A stretch of DNA of 58,920 nucleotides, filler included, from Dugesia japonica (GCA_001938525.1; 4 parts of 4 records of this genome joined end to end with filler, not necessarily neighbours in it); one strand, 5' to 3'. Positions 35,784 to 50,395 are shown, numbered from the whole stretch's first letter. Made by a program: numbers and translations. The notes: generated from the sequence alone by a model not told the origin.

Positions 35784-37149
35784 AAATGTAATTTTAATGA
35801 TTTATAATAAATATAAAATATCCTCACACACATATCACAATTAAATTATTGTCTGCAATAAATGTCTGCTATGTGGTTCAGTATAAAGTATTCACTGGTT
35901 CCTGCAATTCAGAAATATTTTCAGAATTTCTTCACGAATTGGAATAATAAATTGGTACGACGTTTTAATACAGGAGATAGAACAACATTTTTTGATATAT
36001 GTCATTCCTTTTTATTATCTAAACTTACAATGGTGTGATTGATTATCGGTATAGAATCAATTTCTGCTTAGAGTTGCATGTTTAATCCCATTGAACTTTC
36101 ATTTTCAAGAGTAAAATTAATTGCAAAAAAATTATTGTTTGAAAAACAAAGTAATATATGTCTTAAAAACTTGATTAAGACCGCAATTCCTTGGATTAAT
36201 AAAGTTGAGTTGGAAGAGTGGTAAATATTGATGAGATGTAATTATGCATTAACCACGGATTGTCATCTTTTGATAAATAAAATTGAATTTTTTATTTATT
36301 TCATTTAAAAATCTCAAATATATTTATGAAAACCTGAAATTGATTTATAAATGGTTTATTAATATATAATGAATGCTTCTCGCCAATATTCAAATTACTG
36401 ACGATGATTTTATCGTTCGCTTAAGTTTTTTACTAATAAAATTCTGATCGGCTGCAGTGAATGTGTATGTTCAAATAAAACACCTATCAATGTGTTTTAT
36501 TATTAAAATTAATTGAGCCGTTTAATGATCTAATTTGAATAGAAATACTTAATATTTATTTATAGCAATCGAAAAAATGAAAACAGTATTTAATTTACTG
36601 ATTCTAAAATCAAACCTTTAAATTCTTAAAAAAAATATTACAAAAACTTTAAAATAAAAATAACAAAACCAATACATCTTTCGCAAAGATGATAAAATTT
36701 TAAAAAATCTATAATTTGTTATCAAATNNNNNNNNNNNNNNNNNNNNNNNNNNNNNNNNNNNNNNNNNNNNNNNNNNNNNNNNNNNNTGAGTACAACACG
36801 TAATGAAACGCAAGAAAAACATAGATTCTCTTTCAAGCCGGAAAATACTGACCAGGTGAAACTATCCTGACTAGACCAGCAGATTACTGTCAACATAAAA
36901 GAAATGAAAATAGATAGAACAACGCAAGGAGAGAGGAGAATTCTGAACCCTGAGGATCAAATTCTGTTTCAGACTCTTTGCTGATATTTACTTGGCTTTA
37001 AACCAAAACCATATCAGCCAACAACGCTTGNCCGGAACGAAATAGCCATTTCTTAGAAGACAAGGCGATACTATTTCTAACACTACCAATAGAAATTTTT
37101 TTAATAGCATTAGCTCTAAGACCCGTTTCTTTGAAGATAGGCTCATTTT

Positions 37150-37750
37150 ACACTGATCACGACCCCAGACAACTAACTGAGATTGTCTCAGTGAAGATAG
37201 AATAATTAGTGAAGTTTCTTTCATTTGTCTTCCTTGAGTCTTGTGTATTTGGAAATATTCCTGTCTCTGACAGCCTTAATGTTAGAGAGTGAATCGTAAT
37301 ATGTATGGACATCCATAAGCACGTCCATTCATTCATCTTTCTATTTTTGATAATACGCTGAAGATTGACACTATTAGTCCTATTTATAAACTCATTGGTC
37401 TGATCGATAATGACTCTAAAGCTGGTGTTAGTTTAGACAAACCTAGCGAGATATTCATGTACATCATTGTGTCGTTCAGTTCGAAAAGCTGATGTTGATC
37501 TACAATGGCAAAAGATATGTGTTTGAGCCTCATGGTGAAAAACGAACTTACTGCAAACGATAGTTTTGTTAATAAAGGTGTAACCTATTGAAAGAGTGCA
37601 ATTATGCGCCATGTTGATAAATTTTCAATTATATAACGAAATGGAACCCTTATAAAGAGGTCTGTTAGGAATAGGAGAAGCGCCAATCTCCATAAAAGTG
37701 GGCCCAATTTAATAGAAGATTTCTATTTCCTAGTGTGTGACTAGCTTACT
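37150..37750 (-). mobile_element. C-terminal fragment of an R2/NeSL-like (RLE-type) non-LTR retrotransposon
   Basis: VCSKFVFHHEAQTHIFCHC..RTERHNDVHEYL..LMDV..NISKY: degenerate CCHC finger, RHN motif and K-x2-KY-like endonuclease tail. Confidence 0.6.
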
Positions 37751-39420
37751 TAAGTGTGAATAAGCTTAGCTACACACCCATTCTTTTTAAATAAAACTAG
37801 ATGGCTGCCTCCGACAATCTATCAACAATGTGGAGATTAAGATTAATAATGACGTAAACAATTTTCATTGGAATCTTGGACCACCAACACTTGTAGTAAG
37901 AATGGATATTCTTGATATGAAGCCAGTAAAGTGCTTTCTTCAGTGACTTCACTTATATTGCAAATAATATACTTAGGATATTTTTCTTTAACAAAACATT
38001 TCATTCAAATATAACTTCTAATTGATTACTTTGATTAATGTTTACTAAGCATAAGATTTTATCGAGTTCAAAAAAACTTTTACCAATTGTGCAAGACAAT
38101 ACTACTCCTTCAAGTTGATATCTTACATAATCCATAACAGAACCAATAATTTGTTCTAAAATATTTTAAAAAACTTTGGATTTGGACAGCACATATGAAT
38201 TCGAATTAATTAATTAATTCGAATAAATTTTGAAAACATTTTACTCTTTATTTTCAAATTTTAAAGTCGTTGTAAACTCTTAGTAATTTATGAATATTTT
38301 TTTCATAATTAAAGAGCAATACATGTATTAGACTTTCATATTTTAAGTTCTTAATTTCATTAGTTATTTTTTTAAATTTGTTTTTATTTATAGAAATATT
38401 TAAATTCTGGATCGTAAGAAATGAGTAATTATAAGTTGTTGTGTTTTGGAAAGCTATTGACAAGTATTGTTTTATACAAAATAATTTTAATTAATACAAT
38501 CTGTATTTACAGATTTTAATACTCACAAACGAATGATACGAACATCAATGCTTTTAAGTAACAAGAAAATTATTTAATTTAATTATATTGTAATTTAGAC
38601 AAATACATTAAATATTCTGTTAATAAAGATATTGCTGTTATAAAAATGGATGATCCTGATGCTAAAGTAATTTTGACGATATATTTTTGATATTAAAGCT
38701 TTATATTAAATATATATTTTAATTTCTTACATAATTATATATATAATGAATTGAATGATTTAATTTTTTTTCGAATCCTTAATAAAGTATAAACTTATAA
38801 TGTGTATCAATGAGTTAATTTAGAAAATATTTTTATGTACGTTTTAATCATTCAGTTTAAAATATATTCTTGGAAATAAACAGACTCTTATTTTTTCTAT
38901 TTAATGCAGCAATTTATTCTCAAAATAAACTTAATGAAACAAATTAAGGAAGTTATTTTTAATGGTAATTTGACGTTGAATGTAGCAAAAATTTTGTACC
39001 GGGTTGAATACATAATTTATTCCTCTACTTAACCTTTGTGTTTCATAAAACATGATCAAGTCTGAAGTCACGTCTAATATATGACCTTTGTCTATTTTTA
39101 ATTTAGATATTTTGTATTTAAAAAATTGACTTGCAATAATATTTTTATGTATTTATATATATATATAAATATATATATTTTTATTTTCAACGATTCCGCT
39201 CATACTGTATTACAATTTTGTGGTTTTATTTCTTGTTCTAATTTTGTTATTTGTATTTTCTTGGAATAATTGTAGCTTCATTTATAGTGAATATTTTTGC
39301 CTTAAATTTTAAAATATTTTTATATGAATGATAAAATAACTATTTATAACCGGTGAAAAAACTGTTAATAATAGATTTTTAAAATTCCTGATAAACATAA
39401 TAACAAACATAATTTATCAA

Positions 39421-41639
39421 TAATGTACCCTCTAAGCCGCGCACATGCGCTATTGCACAGGGTAATTTTTTGAACTGCGCATTAGAATTTTTTTGCAAAG
39501 TAACATTTGCTTGAAAATTAAAAAAAGTCTTTTAATTTATCGTAGTAAAATATAAAAATCAGTATGGTAACAAAAATGTTCCTGCAAAAACGAGTTAATT
39601 ATATCCGTAAAAAACAAAAATCTCAATATAGCACAGAAAAAATGTAGCTACTGGTGAATTTGGCAAAATAATGAAGCAGTTAAAATCGGAGTAGCTTTAT
39701 CTCTATGTTGAAACAACAATATTAAGGTCTTGTGGTAAGCAGAATATAAAATTGGGCGAGATTTTTGTACTCGTTGAAACTGGTGCTGTTAAAGTCTGTG
39801 GAGAATTTGCACTGGGGAAATGGAATGACTGGAAGCTCGACTATTTAAAGCAACATTTTATTCATAAAACTCATATTGAGGCGGTCAATATAGTACGTAC
39901 ATGATTATCANNNNNNNNNNNNNNNNNNNNNNNNNNNNNNNNNNNNNNNNNNNNNNNNNNNNNNNNNNNNNNNNNNNNNNNNNNNNNNNNNNNNNNNNNN
40001 NNNNNNNNNNNNNNNNNNNNNNNNNNNTGAATGCTTCAATGAACTCAGTCCAATAAATAAACAATCATTTTGCGATATGTGTAGAGATTCCTGAAAATTG
40101 GCGGAGTGAAAATTATGTTTTTGAATTTGTTGACTGTATCAACCACGTTATCCAATAAGAAATTTTCAATGAAATAAAAATGGCACAATTTCAATGCTGA
40201 ATAGTAGAAAACATTGATATTTCAGTTCACATAATGTTAATCATTTATATAAAATACCGATTTCAATTTAATTACAAAATAGTTTTTGATGGTATCATAC
40301 AATTCATAGCATGTGACGGAAAATCAATTGTGGAGTCCATAAAAAGTTTTTATGAAATTATTAATCTGGTTATGCAAAAAATGGTGATGATAACATCTAA
40401 TGGAGCTGTAGTAATGTTGGGGACCTATAATGTAGTTAAAACACCATTAACGCATGAAATTCGTCACTTAACAGCTTAGCATTGTGTTGTCTGGAAAGGT
40501 ATACTTCTTATTGCTCAAGTATAAACGTGATTACGAACTGTTTACATGATGTTCCGTCATTTATCTGTTAAAAATCATGATTTTGAAGAAATAACAAGTC
40601 TAATGGATTGTGAAGTTTTGATGTGTCGATCTCTTAATGATATACTCTGGCTTTCTCGTAATTTTGCGATTATTCCACTCATTCGGAATTATGATGTCTT
40701 AATATAATATTGCAAAGAAAAGATTGATTGTTCCAATTCAGTTGATCCAATCGTAAAATATTTCTTAGCAGCTTTAGAAAATCATGTTAATCGTATAATA
40801 TTTATCGCATAAAATGATGTTTTTACAGAATTAACAAAATTATCAAAATATTTACAAAAAGTGTTTTGTCACCTAAGGATCTGCATCAATATTGTAAATC
40901 GATCATCGCAAAATTAAGAAGTCAGTATCTTGGTGATATAATTTATTGGAGTGAAGATGTGAAAAAANNNNNNNNNNNNNNNNNNNNNNNNNNNNNNNNN
41001 NNNNNNNNNNNNNNNNNNNNNNNNNNNNNNNNNNNNNNNNNTTTGGATTTCCTGATGCTGACATGGACCTTTGGAATACTTTTGATCAAAATGCCATTGT
41101 CACTACATCTGGTTTTATATATGTGAATAAAAACTTTAAAAAAAATAAATTTGAAATATGTAAATATCATCCCAAACATGGATAATAAAATTATAATGGA
41201 CGAGTATAAAGATTTCAAATATTTATTTACGGAAAAATTCGCAAAATAGTCGTAATTTCAATGATCTACTTCAGTTGGTTCTTCGTAAAGATAGTTTTCA
41301 AAATATAAGCATTTCGTTTGATATTTGTTGTACCATTCAAGTGTCGAGTATGATTGTGAAAGATTAAAACAAAACTTAGAAATAGATTAAATGTAAATCA
41401 GTTAGGTTTCTCAATAAGAATAAAGTCACACTTAAAGTCGGAAAATATTATTGACCTGGATACTGGAATCACAACAAAGACATTCGAGAAAAAAACAATC
41501 ATGTAATTAATCAATATATGTATAATATTGAAAGAGAAAACATTTTTTTTACTAATAAAATATATTTTTGTTTTATTTTTTAATCATGGCGCAATTTATT
41601 TATTTTCGGCTCAACTAAAAAATATTAGAGGGAACGTTG
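39421..41639 (+). mobile_element. hAT-family DNA transposon with decayed ZNF862-like transposase
   Basis: 15-bp TIRs TAATGTACCCTCTAA / TTAGAGGGAACGTTG; remnants WKLDYLKQH, DISVHIMLIIYIKY, SNGAVVMLG, HCV, WLSR, LRNRL. TSD degenerate. Confidence 0.8.
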
Positions 41640-41802
41640 CTATGAAGACATTTAAATATTTTTTATTATTGATTTCTTATGTTGAATATAAACAAGTTTA
41701 TAAAAAAGTTTTGGATTAAATACCGATTATTTTTCACAAGATACTTTGTTTCCCCAGAAAATAAACCCTTCCATTATTTTTAAGAATGGTTTTAATATAA
41801 GG

Positions 41803-42266
41803 CAGGGTTTCTCAAAGTGTGATACGTGTACCCCGGGGTACTTACTGCACCGGACTTTCACTGCAGCTTGTGCAATAAGCAGTTTACCTTTTTTTNNNNN
41901 NNNNNNNNNNNNNNNNNNNNNNNNNNNNNNNNNNNNGTTAGTCTTGCGTATGTGTGTTTTTGTATTTATTCATGGTCATAGCGTAGAGGGATGTTATGAT
42001 TCTGCACATTTTATGACCCAGACAACAATGTCAGACAAAAATCTCTTGTACCTACACATTGAACTGTTACAACGTGCATGTGTATTCTTAGCTTTAGTCA
42101 GATTTTTCTAATAGGAAAAGTTTATTATGTGCTTTAAATGAAGGTAATGTAATTTTATTATCTTATCGATCAATAAAATGGATTTTTATGTATTCAAATG
42201 TAGGGTACTCTGAAATGAAAAGTATACATAAGTAGTACGAAAGAGAAAAAAGTTAGAGAACCACTG
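41803..42266. mobile_element. Non-autonomous hAT (Charlie-like) MITE
   Basis: Ends CAGGGTTTCTCAAAGT and AGTTAGAGAACCACTG; 8-bp flanks ATATAAGG / ATTTAAAG (6 of 8 match). Confidence 0.75.
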
Positions 42267-42558
42267 ATTTAAAGCATACTCCGAAAGTAAACCCTAGTGT
42301 AAAATAACACCGCATACCCATAAGGGGATGTTATGTAACACAATTTTTTATGGTTAATTTTCTGCTTTGAAGTATCCAGTCCTAAATCGAATCGAGGACT
42401 ATGTCATCCATGACTTTAATCATGATTATGATGGAGTAAATAAACTTATATTTTAATGTTATGTTTATTCTGTATACTTTAAAAAACAAGTATATTGTAA
42501 CAATTTTGAAACAAGATTTTAATTTTTGAAATTTTTCCTGCGAAAATGGGGAACCATA

Positions 42559-42658
42559 NNNNNNNNNNNNNNNNNNNNNNNNNNNNNNNNNNNNNNNNNN
42601 NNTTAATTAATTAANNNNNNNNNNNNNNNNNNNNNNNNNNNNNNNNNNNNNNNNNNNN
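42559..42658. other. Artificial scaffold-joining spacer
   Basis: N44-TTAATTAATTAA-N44. Confidence 0.95.
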
Positions 42659-43455
42659 TTGTTATGTATGTATGTATAATTTTTATTGGTTGTAGAAAGG
42701 ATAGAAAAAAAGCATGAACCAATAGAAATCCAGGAACCAATAAAAATCAAGGAACCAATGGAAATCAATTTAGAGAAAAACAGTTGTTGCAATAAATGAT
42801 TCTTATTGTGAATAGTTTGTTTTTATTAATGAATGCAATATGTATGCAACTAATATGCAACTCAGAGGCAACACACATACACTGAAAATCACATGCCTAG
42901 GAAATTTTTTATTAATAAATGCAACTCAAAGGCAACTCAGATGCAACACACATACACTGAAAATCACATGCCTATGAATTTTAGACTGTCAATCTCATGT
43001 AGAATATAGAGACTCCTCTCGTCCCTTGCAAATAAATTAATTTAATTACATTTAATTAAATTTAATTATATTAAAAAGATTTCTCCAGATTGAAATAAAA
43101 AACTTAAAATTTCCTTTCAAAAAATATTATTTTTGAATTTCCCACCAGAAATATACTTTTTGAATTTCCCGCCAAAAAGATTTTTTTTGAATTTCCCGCC
43201 AAAAAGATTTCGACTTGACCTACTTTTTAAAAACCACCTTAACAACCAAAACACACAAATTTTAAAATTTAAAAATACACAAACCACCAGGATAAAAAAA
43301 ACTGATCCGATCAAAAAAAAAGTTGATCCGATCAAAAATTTTTTGATCCCAAAAATCTTAGAAAAAAAAACCAACACAAAAATCATGGTTAAAAAAACGC
43401 AGCTCAAGCGTAATGTGTTTCCGAGCCCCCCACTCTTGGGGGTCCCGCGATAACT
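42659..43455 (-). repeat. Putative terminal fragment of a Polinton-like element with short tandem repeats
   Basis: Ends in ...CCCCCCACTCTTGGGGGTCCCGCGATAACT (AGTTATCGCGGG on minus); ~27-bp TTTTTGAATTTCCCGCCAAAAAGA repeats x3; duplicated GCAACACACATACACTGAAAATCACATGCCTA block. Confidence 0.4.
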
Positions 43456-43600
43456 GCTTAAAAAAGATTGTGACATACTTTTGGCTGGTTGCCAAATTGT
43501 GACAATGCGCTATTATCCCCCTACTCTGGACCACCGTGGGTAACATTTTCATGTTTTAATAATGTTGCCTTACATACATTCCATTTATCTTTCATAAAAA

Positions 43601-43605
43601 TATTA

Positions 43606-43660
<55 letters not shown>
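43601..43660 (+). repeat. (ATT)n microsatellite
   Basis: About 19 tandem ATT units with one interruption. Confidence 0.95.
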
Positions 43661-43661
<1 letters not shown>

Positions 43662-43879
43662 ATTTGAAGTGATTAGTTAATATCTATTTTTGTATTATTG
43701 ATGGGCCAGAACAAAACCAATGATGCATGAACAAAAAATTTAACTAAATTTAAATGAAATTAATAATAAACTACCAATATATGAGCAATAAATAAATTAA
43801 TGCTAAACACGGTTAATAAAAAGAAAATAATAAAAAATAAGAAATTATAACAAATTTCAACAAATACCATCTTAAAAAG

Positions 43880-44400
43880 TTACCAAGATTATATTTGTGA
43901 AAACTAAATTTAGTTCTGGTGAAATTGTATGTTTGTGTTGATATTTTTCTTTTTGCATATATTTCTAGCATCACAAATGTATTTGGGACCACAAAATTTT
44001 ATCTTGGTTTCTGTAGTTGGATACCCAAAGGTGCTTGAATTTTGAATATAATTCTTCGATTGTGTTTGAGTTTAGAATTTTTTATTATATTTTGAATGAT
44101 TTGCCTACATTTCTCAATTATAAAAGGTAATTTAATGACTGTTTGTTTTTGGTTTGATTTTATTATATTTTGTATTCGAAGAAAAATATTTTAATTTAAT
44201 TTTATTTGAGTAGCAATTGTTTAAGAATTTATATTTTATCAACTTGAGTGAAATCAATTTCATTTCTTCATTTGTAGATAGTCTATCAGCTTGAATTCTT
44301 TGACTTTTAGTTCTACCAATTTTCTTGCTGTTGGTAGTATTACTACTCCAAGGTAATATATGTTCACTGTGACATAGATTTATATATAAATGGGTAATTA
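43880..44400 (-). mobile_element. Possible Penelope-like retroelement fragment (RT thumb/linker)
   Basis: LYINLCHSEHILPWSSNTTNSKK..ADRLST..FLNNCYS..IKLPFI resembles the Penelope-type YxKxTH..YL..S.HP..K..RA.R..L..NGYP..LPY pattern. Confidence 0.5.
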
Positions 44401-44807
44401 ATATTTAACCAGGTTTCTGTATTTCACCTCATCCCCTCCACTTCCTCCACATATTTTTATGATTTCGTGATGAAAAATAATTTTTCTTTCAATCGGTCTA
44501 CAGCACAATTTTTCCTATTACGGTATTCGAGTATTTGATATTATCAAATAGAAAATATAAAACTACCTATACATTGCCTAAAGGACTATTATTTATTTAA
44601 TTGGTTTTGGTGTCGTAATCTTAAATTTTCTATTTTTAACATCTTTTTATTGTTTTAATTAACTCGTTTAGTATAATTTTTTTTGTAAAATTGCTTCAGT
44701 GTTTGTAATAGTTAGAAAATAGTGATTATTTAATGAGTCAATTTGGTTTGAATAATATAAAATATATATTCTTAAATAAATACTAATATATTTGGCAAGT
44801 TTTTTAT

Positions 44808-47416
44808 TGGCAACCACGCCGAAATTAATGCTTTAAAAAGAGCGAAACGCGAAGAAAGGCAAAAGATTTTTTCTAAGTTGCCTCACAAAATCCAAGAAAT
44901 GTTGATTTTGAAACCAAGTTTCTTTGATGATCTCAGTCAAGATGCAGAAAATTAGATGCACACAACGAAAGATTTTACGACATTCAATCAAATGGAATTT
45001 GCTTTCACGTTAGATATGCTCCTTAGAGGTGACGCAAAACAGTTATGGGAAGAATTTACCTGTTCAAATTATTCTGTTACTAATGAGGAGATCGAAAAAT
45101 AGTTTATGGAAACTTTTACAAACACAAAATTGATTTATGAAAAAGTAAAGGAATTGTCTTCAATAAAACAGAGAACAGACGAGAAGTACAGAAATTGAGA
45201 TTCGAGTTAAAAAAATGGTTACAGATGTGTTTCTAAAGAAATTAACAATAGAAGAAATTGCAAGAGCATTTATTCTGCAAGGATTACAGAGTGAGAAACT
45301 ACGTGACTTCCTTGCCGTTGACCCATGAATGTCTGACGAAAGAAGAAAACAAAATGCAACAAATTTAGAGAAATTGGTTCAGCATCAAGAGGTCCATGTC
45401 ATGAAACCAACATATTCACAAGTAATTGGTAAACCTCGGTATTATAACCAACGTTGAGAAGGGAAGACATATTTCAGAAATTCAGTAAATTTTAAATCTT
45501 CAGAAAATAGAAATCAATCTGAAAAGTCTACTGCATATAAAAATCGAGATAAAATATTTTCTCAACAGAGCAATAATAGGAATTTTTCTCATTCAAGCTA
45601 TTAGACCGCAAAGATCGATGAAGATGATTGCAATGAAATTTTACATTCAGTGTAGGAGTAAAGCACCTCCACGTGATGAAATCTTCCAACAAAGTGCAGG
45701 CTTTTGTTGTGGTAATATGAGTCATAGACGAAATGAATAACCACTTAAGAATAAATGCTTTATTTGTGGTAAAAATGGTCATTATTTCCAAAACTGTTAT
45801 TTAGTTACCAACGGACATTAAAATGAAAGAATATCATATATTCATGACGATGAGCAAAGTGCAAACGAGATGAATAATTTAGATGAAATCCATGATATTG
45901 ATGATATCGAAATAGAAAAAAACTCCTACCAACTCCCTGTCGCTATCTCAACAGTGGAGTTGAGTAATATATTCTATTAATAATAGAGATAGAAAAGAGG
46001 AAGATGAGATGAATGATGGAGAATTTAGAATGTTTCAGAAGTTAGATGGAAGGCAATGGAGTATTATGAATTGTAATGGCTGTTGTATTGAAATGTTGTG
46101 GAATTCTGGAGCATCAATAACAGTGATAAGTGAAGAAAGTTGGATCCGAATTGGTGCACCTAGTATGATAAAGTCAAAGTTTAGATTATCAGGTGTTTTT
46201 TCTTCAAAGCATGAATCATGCCTTGGTAAAATATTTATACAAACTGTATAGAAAAATAAACCTTTGGTGAAAGAAATTTTGCTTAAAAGTATTTCTGCTG
46301 GTTTTATTGGTGGAATCGATATGATGAAATTTTGTGGAGTATTCTTGGCAGACGTAAAATTAATTGGTTCTTCTGAAGTAAATACAACATATACGGATTG
46401 TGATCGGGTTTAGACGGCATTAAATTATGTTGCTGACAGAACTCCATTTATTGAAAATCTAATGAAAAAATATTGATCGATTTTTATGGCATTCAAATTT
46501 GATTTAGGAATCACTACATTGATTAAGCATCCTTTAAATACATAAAGGACCTCCGATTTCTCAAAATCCAAGAAGACAGCCAATGCATTTAGAAGATAAA
46601 GTTGATAAATTAATTGAAGATTTGTTAGAATNAAAAATTATACGATCATGTAAAAGCCCATGGAATTCTCATTTAGTAATAGTGCCATAGAAATATGATA
46701 CTATTAGAATGTGTTTCGATTTTCGACAATTGAATGAAGTAACTGAAACATTCTCCTTTCATGATATAAACAAGCTTTTGGGTACCTTAAATAAATCAAC
46801 TATTTTTTCATCTATAGACTTAGGAAAAGCTTATTATCAAGTAGTGTGAATTAACTACAGCACCAATATTAGCATTTCCTGATCCATCAAAAGAAATGAT
46901 TTTGGACACTGATGCAAGGTTTGGAGCTATTAGAGCTGTTCTAAGCCAAACCGATAACAAAGGTGATGAAAACATTATAGGTTTTGCGTCGAGTTTTAAA
47001 TTCTCACGAGAAAGGTTATTGTGTAACCAGAAAAGAACCTTTAGCTATTCATAAATTTGTTATGCATTTTTAGCATTATTTGATTGGGAAAAAGTTTAAA
47101 ATAAGAACTGACCATAAAGCTTTGACTTATATGAATAAAACAAATAAACCAATTAGTCCACAGTTTCAGACTTGGTTTGCTAATTTTTTTGGATTTAATT
47201 TTGATTTAGAATCTTGGAAAAGAAATGATCACAGTTATGTTGACGGCCTGTCTAGAATAAATGAAACTCTGTATAGTCAATGTTTAACTAAACATTGTGA
47301 CAGCAAAGGAAATAAATCTAAAATACGATTTATAAAAATTTTAAATGAAAATGTATTTTATGAAGAAAATATGGAAGAGTTACAAAAACAATGTGGAATA
47401 CTAAGAACAATATCAC
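44808..47416 (+). mobile_element. Decayed Gypsy element (PBS, gag, protease, partial RT, RNase H), related to the 29.3-33.7 kb element
   Basis: PBS-like TGGCAACCACGCC at 44808; LWNSGASITVIS protease; SPWNS..MCFDFRQLN; ILDTDA; IRTDHKALTYM; truncated by the LTR at 47417. Confidence 0.85.
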
Positions 47417-50395
47417 TGTAAGGATTAAAAATTGAAAATTGCAATTTAAAGTTTGAAGAAAACGTTATAAAAGATTTCAAGAACTTTTTAAAATATTTAA
47501 AATGTTGGTTTAAATATTCAGCTTTNAAAAAGTATAGTTTTTTGAAGATTTGAAAATTTGAAATTTTGTGTTATAAACAAAAATTTAATGAATTTAATGG
47601 ACTTTTCAGAAAGTTTATAACTAACTAACATGGCGACTAACGCTTCAATGGACCTCATTCGAGAAGCACTACACCCAGGAATTTGCCGGCATGGGGACGA
47701 AATTGAATAGTTCAGAGAATCATATAAGAAGGAACTGTGACAAAATTAGAGGTTCAAGATGTGGAAAAAATGAACATCATACAGAACAATGTTATAATAA
47801 TTTGGAGAAAAGAGGTGTGTGGACTAATGATAGAAGACAGCAGAATAACGAACAAANAAACAAAGCAGCACAATACAACTGAAGAGAGGAATCAAACAGA
47901 AAATATNACGATACTAACAGATTCCAAAAACCAAGTGGGAAGATATCAGTTAATAATGGATTTAGGAAGAGACGGCAATAGATATGTAAACGCAATGGTA
48001 GAAGAGGATGATGAGTACATAAAGAGATGAGATAATATTTATTATTAGGACGAGGAGACAAACAGCTATAGAGAAGAGACGCCAAACAAACAAGCTACAT
48101 CTAAAGTCGAGATGATTGGAGCAATGAACTGAAAAACAATCCAGATCGCGATAAACATATGTATAGTAAAAGTAGTGTAATTAATAGTGTAAAAGATGAA
48201 ACTAAAGAGGAAAGAGTAGAAAGAAAAGTCTATGCATTTTTAAAGAAAGATTTCAAAGATATGTATAATACAGATATCAATATAATTGTTGAGGAAACCA
48301 TATAACCAACCTTAAATACACACGCACACATACACCTGTATACAAACAGAATGTAGAAATATACAAACATATACAAATCAAAATTCAACCAGCATTCAAC
48401 CTACAATCCAAAAATCAATATTCGATAATTATTCAATCTGCAATCCAAAATGGATGGTCGGACTGATGTTGCATCATTGTGATCACTGAACTTTGAATAT
48501 TATTATTTAAACTGAATATTGTGTGAACTTTATTTTGAAAATTAGCGAATTTTATTAGTATTATTATTTCACTGTAAATTGTTTTATTTATTTTTTAACA
48601 ATTATTATTGTAAATATTATCAAAATTTTTATTTTTCCAATAGTTTTATTTCCAGCAATTTTCCAACAATGATAGATCACAATTATTTAATTGCTATCGG
48701 AATTTTTCTATCGGAATTTTTCAAATTTATCTAATTTGGACAATTATTATGGCAATTATTACCAGAATTTTCAAGTTTTTATGATTTAAATGAAATTTTA
48801 ATTGTAAATATCTAAATTTTAAGAATTTAATTATTTCCGGAAAGAATAACTGCGATTTTTAATTGTCCCATTTTTTAGTATAAATACAGTAGTAAATGTT
48901 AGAATATCACCAAAGAAAACCGTTCAACCGTTTAAATCTGCTTTAGATTTAAAACGGAGGTTAAAAATAAAAAACTTGTAACTTTTGATAAACAGTGTAA
49001 TTTTATAAACGTTCAATAAAATTTTTAATTGAAAGTAATTTATTTTCTCTTAATTTAAGGAATACTATATAGTGTATTTATATTAGCCATATTAAGGTTT
49101 CAAATTATCATATTAATATAAGTTGGGATTATTATAGTTTTAAAAAATCATTTATTTAAACTCACGTATTGTTGACTTATCTTATTCAAATCCCCCAAGG
49201 TATCTAAACATAATGAAAGAAACGAGAAATGGTGATAACAAAACAACGGTATTAGAAAGAATGAACAAGTAAAAATAAATTATGATAGAATGCAAGGTAG
49301 GCCCAGTGGATAAAGGCACAAAGATAAACGTGATGAGCCTCAATAATTTTAGAAGTCTGGCAAATGTGGAGCTGATAGGAACTAATGACGTGTTAAAATG
49401 TGCAAATAATAGCAGAATGAACATTGCGGCCAAGAAACAATAAGAAACCAGTACAATTCACTGTAGTGGAAGAAATGAGTCAAAATCTTGTTGGAGGAAT
49501 AGACATGCAACACCAGTTTGAGTACCATTTAACGAAAGAAACAAAGGACTATGAGGATGGACAGTGGATCTGCAACATAGACGCATGGTTTAGCCGCAAA
49601 ATTGAGGATGCTGAAAGAGAACAGAGAGCTTTGAAAATTTGATGATAAAACGAGACGAAAAACTGGAAAAGGTAATAGTAAAAAATCGAGGAGTATTCAT
49701 GGCAGATAACTGGGATGTCGGATACACAACGTTAATGGAACACAAGATAGTGACAAAGGGTAACCCAATAAATACGAAGCCTTGGAAACAACCCATGAAT
49801 CTAGAAGAAAAAATAGATAAGGCCATAAAAAAATTAGCGGACTCTAATATTATAAGAGAAAATGTAATTCGCAGTGAAATACACCACTGATATGCTTCTG
49901 GAAGAAAGAAAGAAAGGATGTGAGACTTTGCTTAGACTTCAGAAAACTAAATACAGTTACGGAACGACAAGCCTTCCCGATGCTATAAGTAGAAGAAATG
50001 TTAGATAATTTGTATGGAGCCAAATATTTCAGTACCATAGACTTGGGAAACGCGTATTTCCAGGCACCGTCAGAAAGAGTCACAAGAGAAAACAGCCTTT
50101 TCCACAAAAAATGGTAAATATTGCTTCACAAAAATGCCATTCGGCATAGCAGCAGCCCCAGGAACATTCCAAGAACTAATGATAAAAGCATTGAACGGTC
50201 TAGATGGAGCAATGGTGTATATGAATGACATAATGATATTCTCAGAAGGACTAAAAGAACATTATATAACTCTGGATCAGGTATTAGAGCGGATTCAAAC
50301 GACAAGGTTGCGAGTGAATCCAGAAAAATGTCACCTATTACACAACGAAGTTAAATTTCTTGGTCACATAATAGATAAAGAAGGAATTCAATATT
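47417..50395 (+). mobile_element. Nested Gypsy element: 5' LTR (47417-47630), PBS, gag and protease remnants, RT; interrupted at ~48300-49170
   Basis: TG...CA LTR followed by TGGCGACT; CLDFRKLN; MPFGIAAAPGTFQ..VYMNDIMI..KC..VKFLGH (50134-50418). Confidence 0.85.

Noticed and set aside
38199-38224. 26-bp perfect palindrome ATTCGAATTAATTAATTAATTCGAAT
   Set aside because: Low-complexity AT core, single occurrence, no associated feature.
43117-43680. ORFs 43117-43476, 43133-43453 and 43489-43680 as proteins
   Set aside because: Translations of tandem repeats and an ATT microsatellite.
48928-48957. Hairpin CCGTTTAAATCT..AGATTTAAAACGG as a terminator or Helitron end
   Set aside because: No CTRR end or other supporting element boundary nearby; bacterial-type terminators are not expected here.
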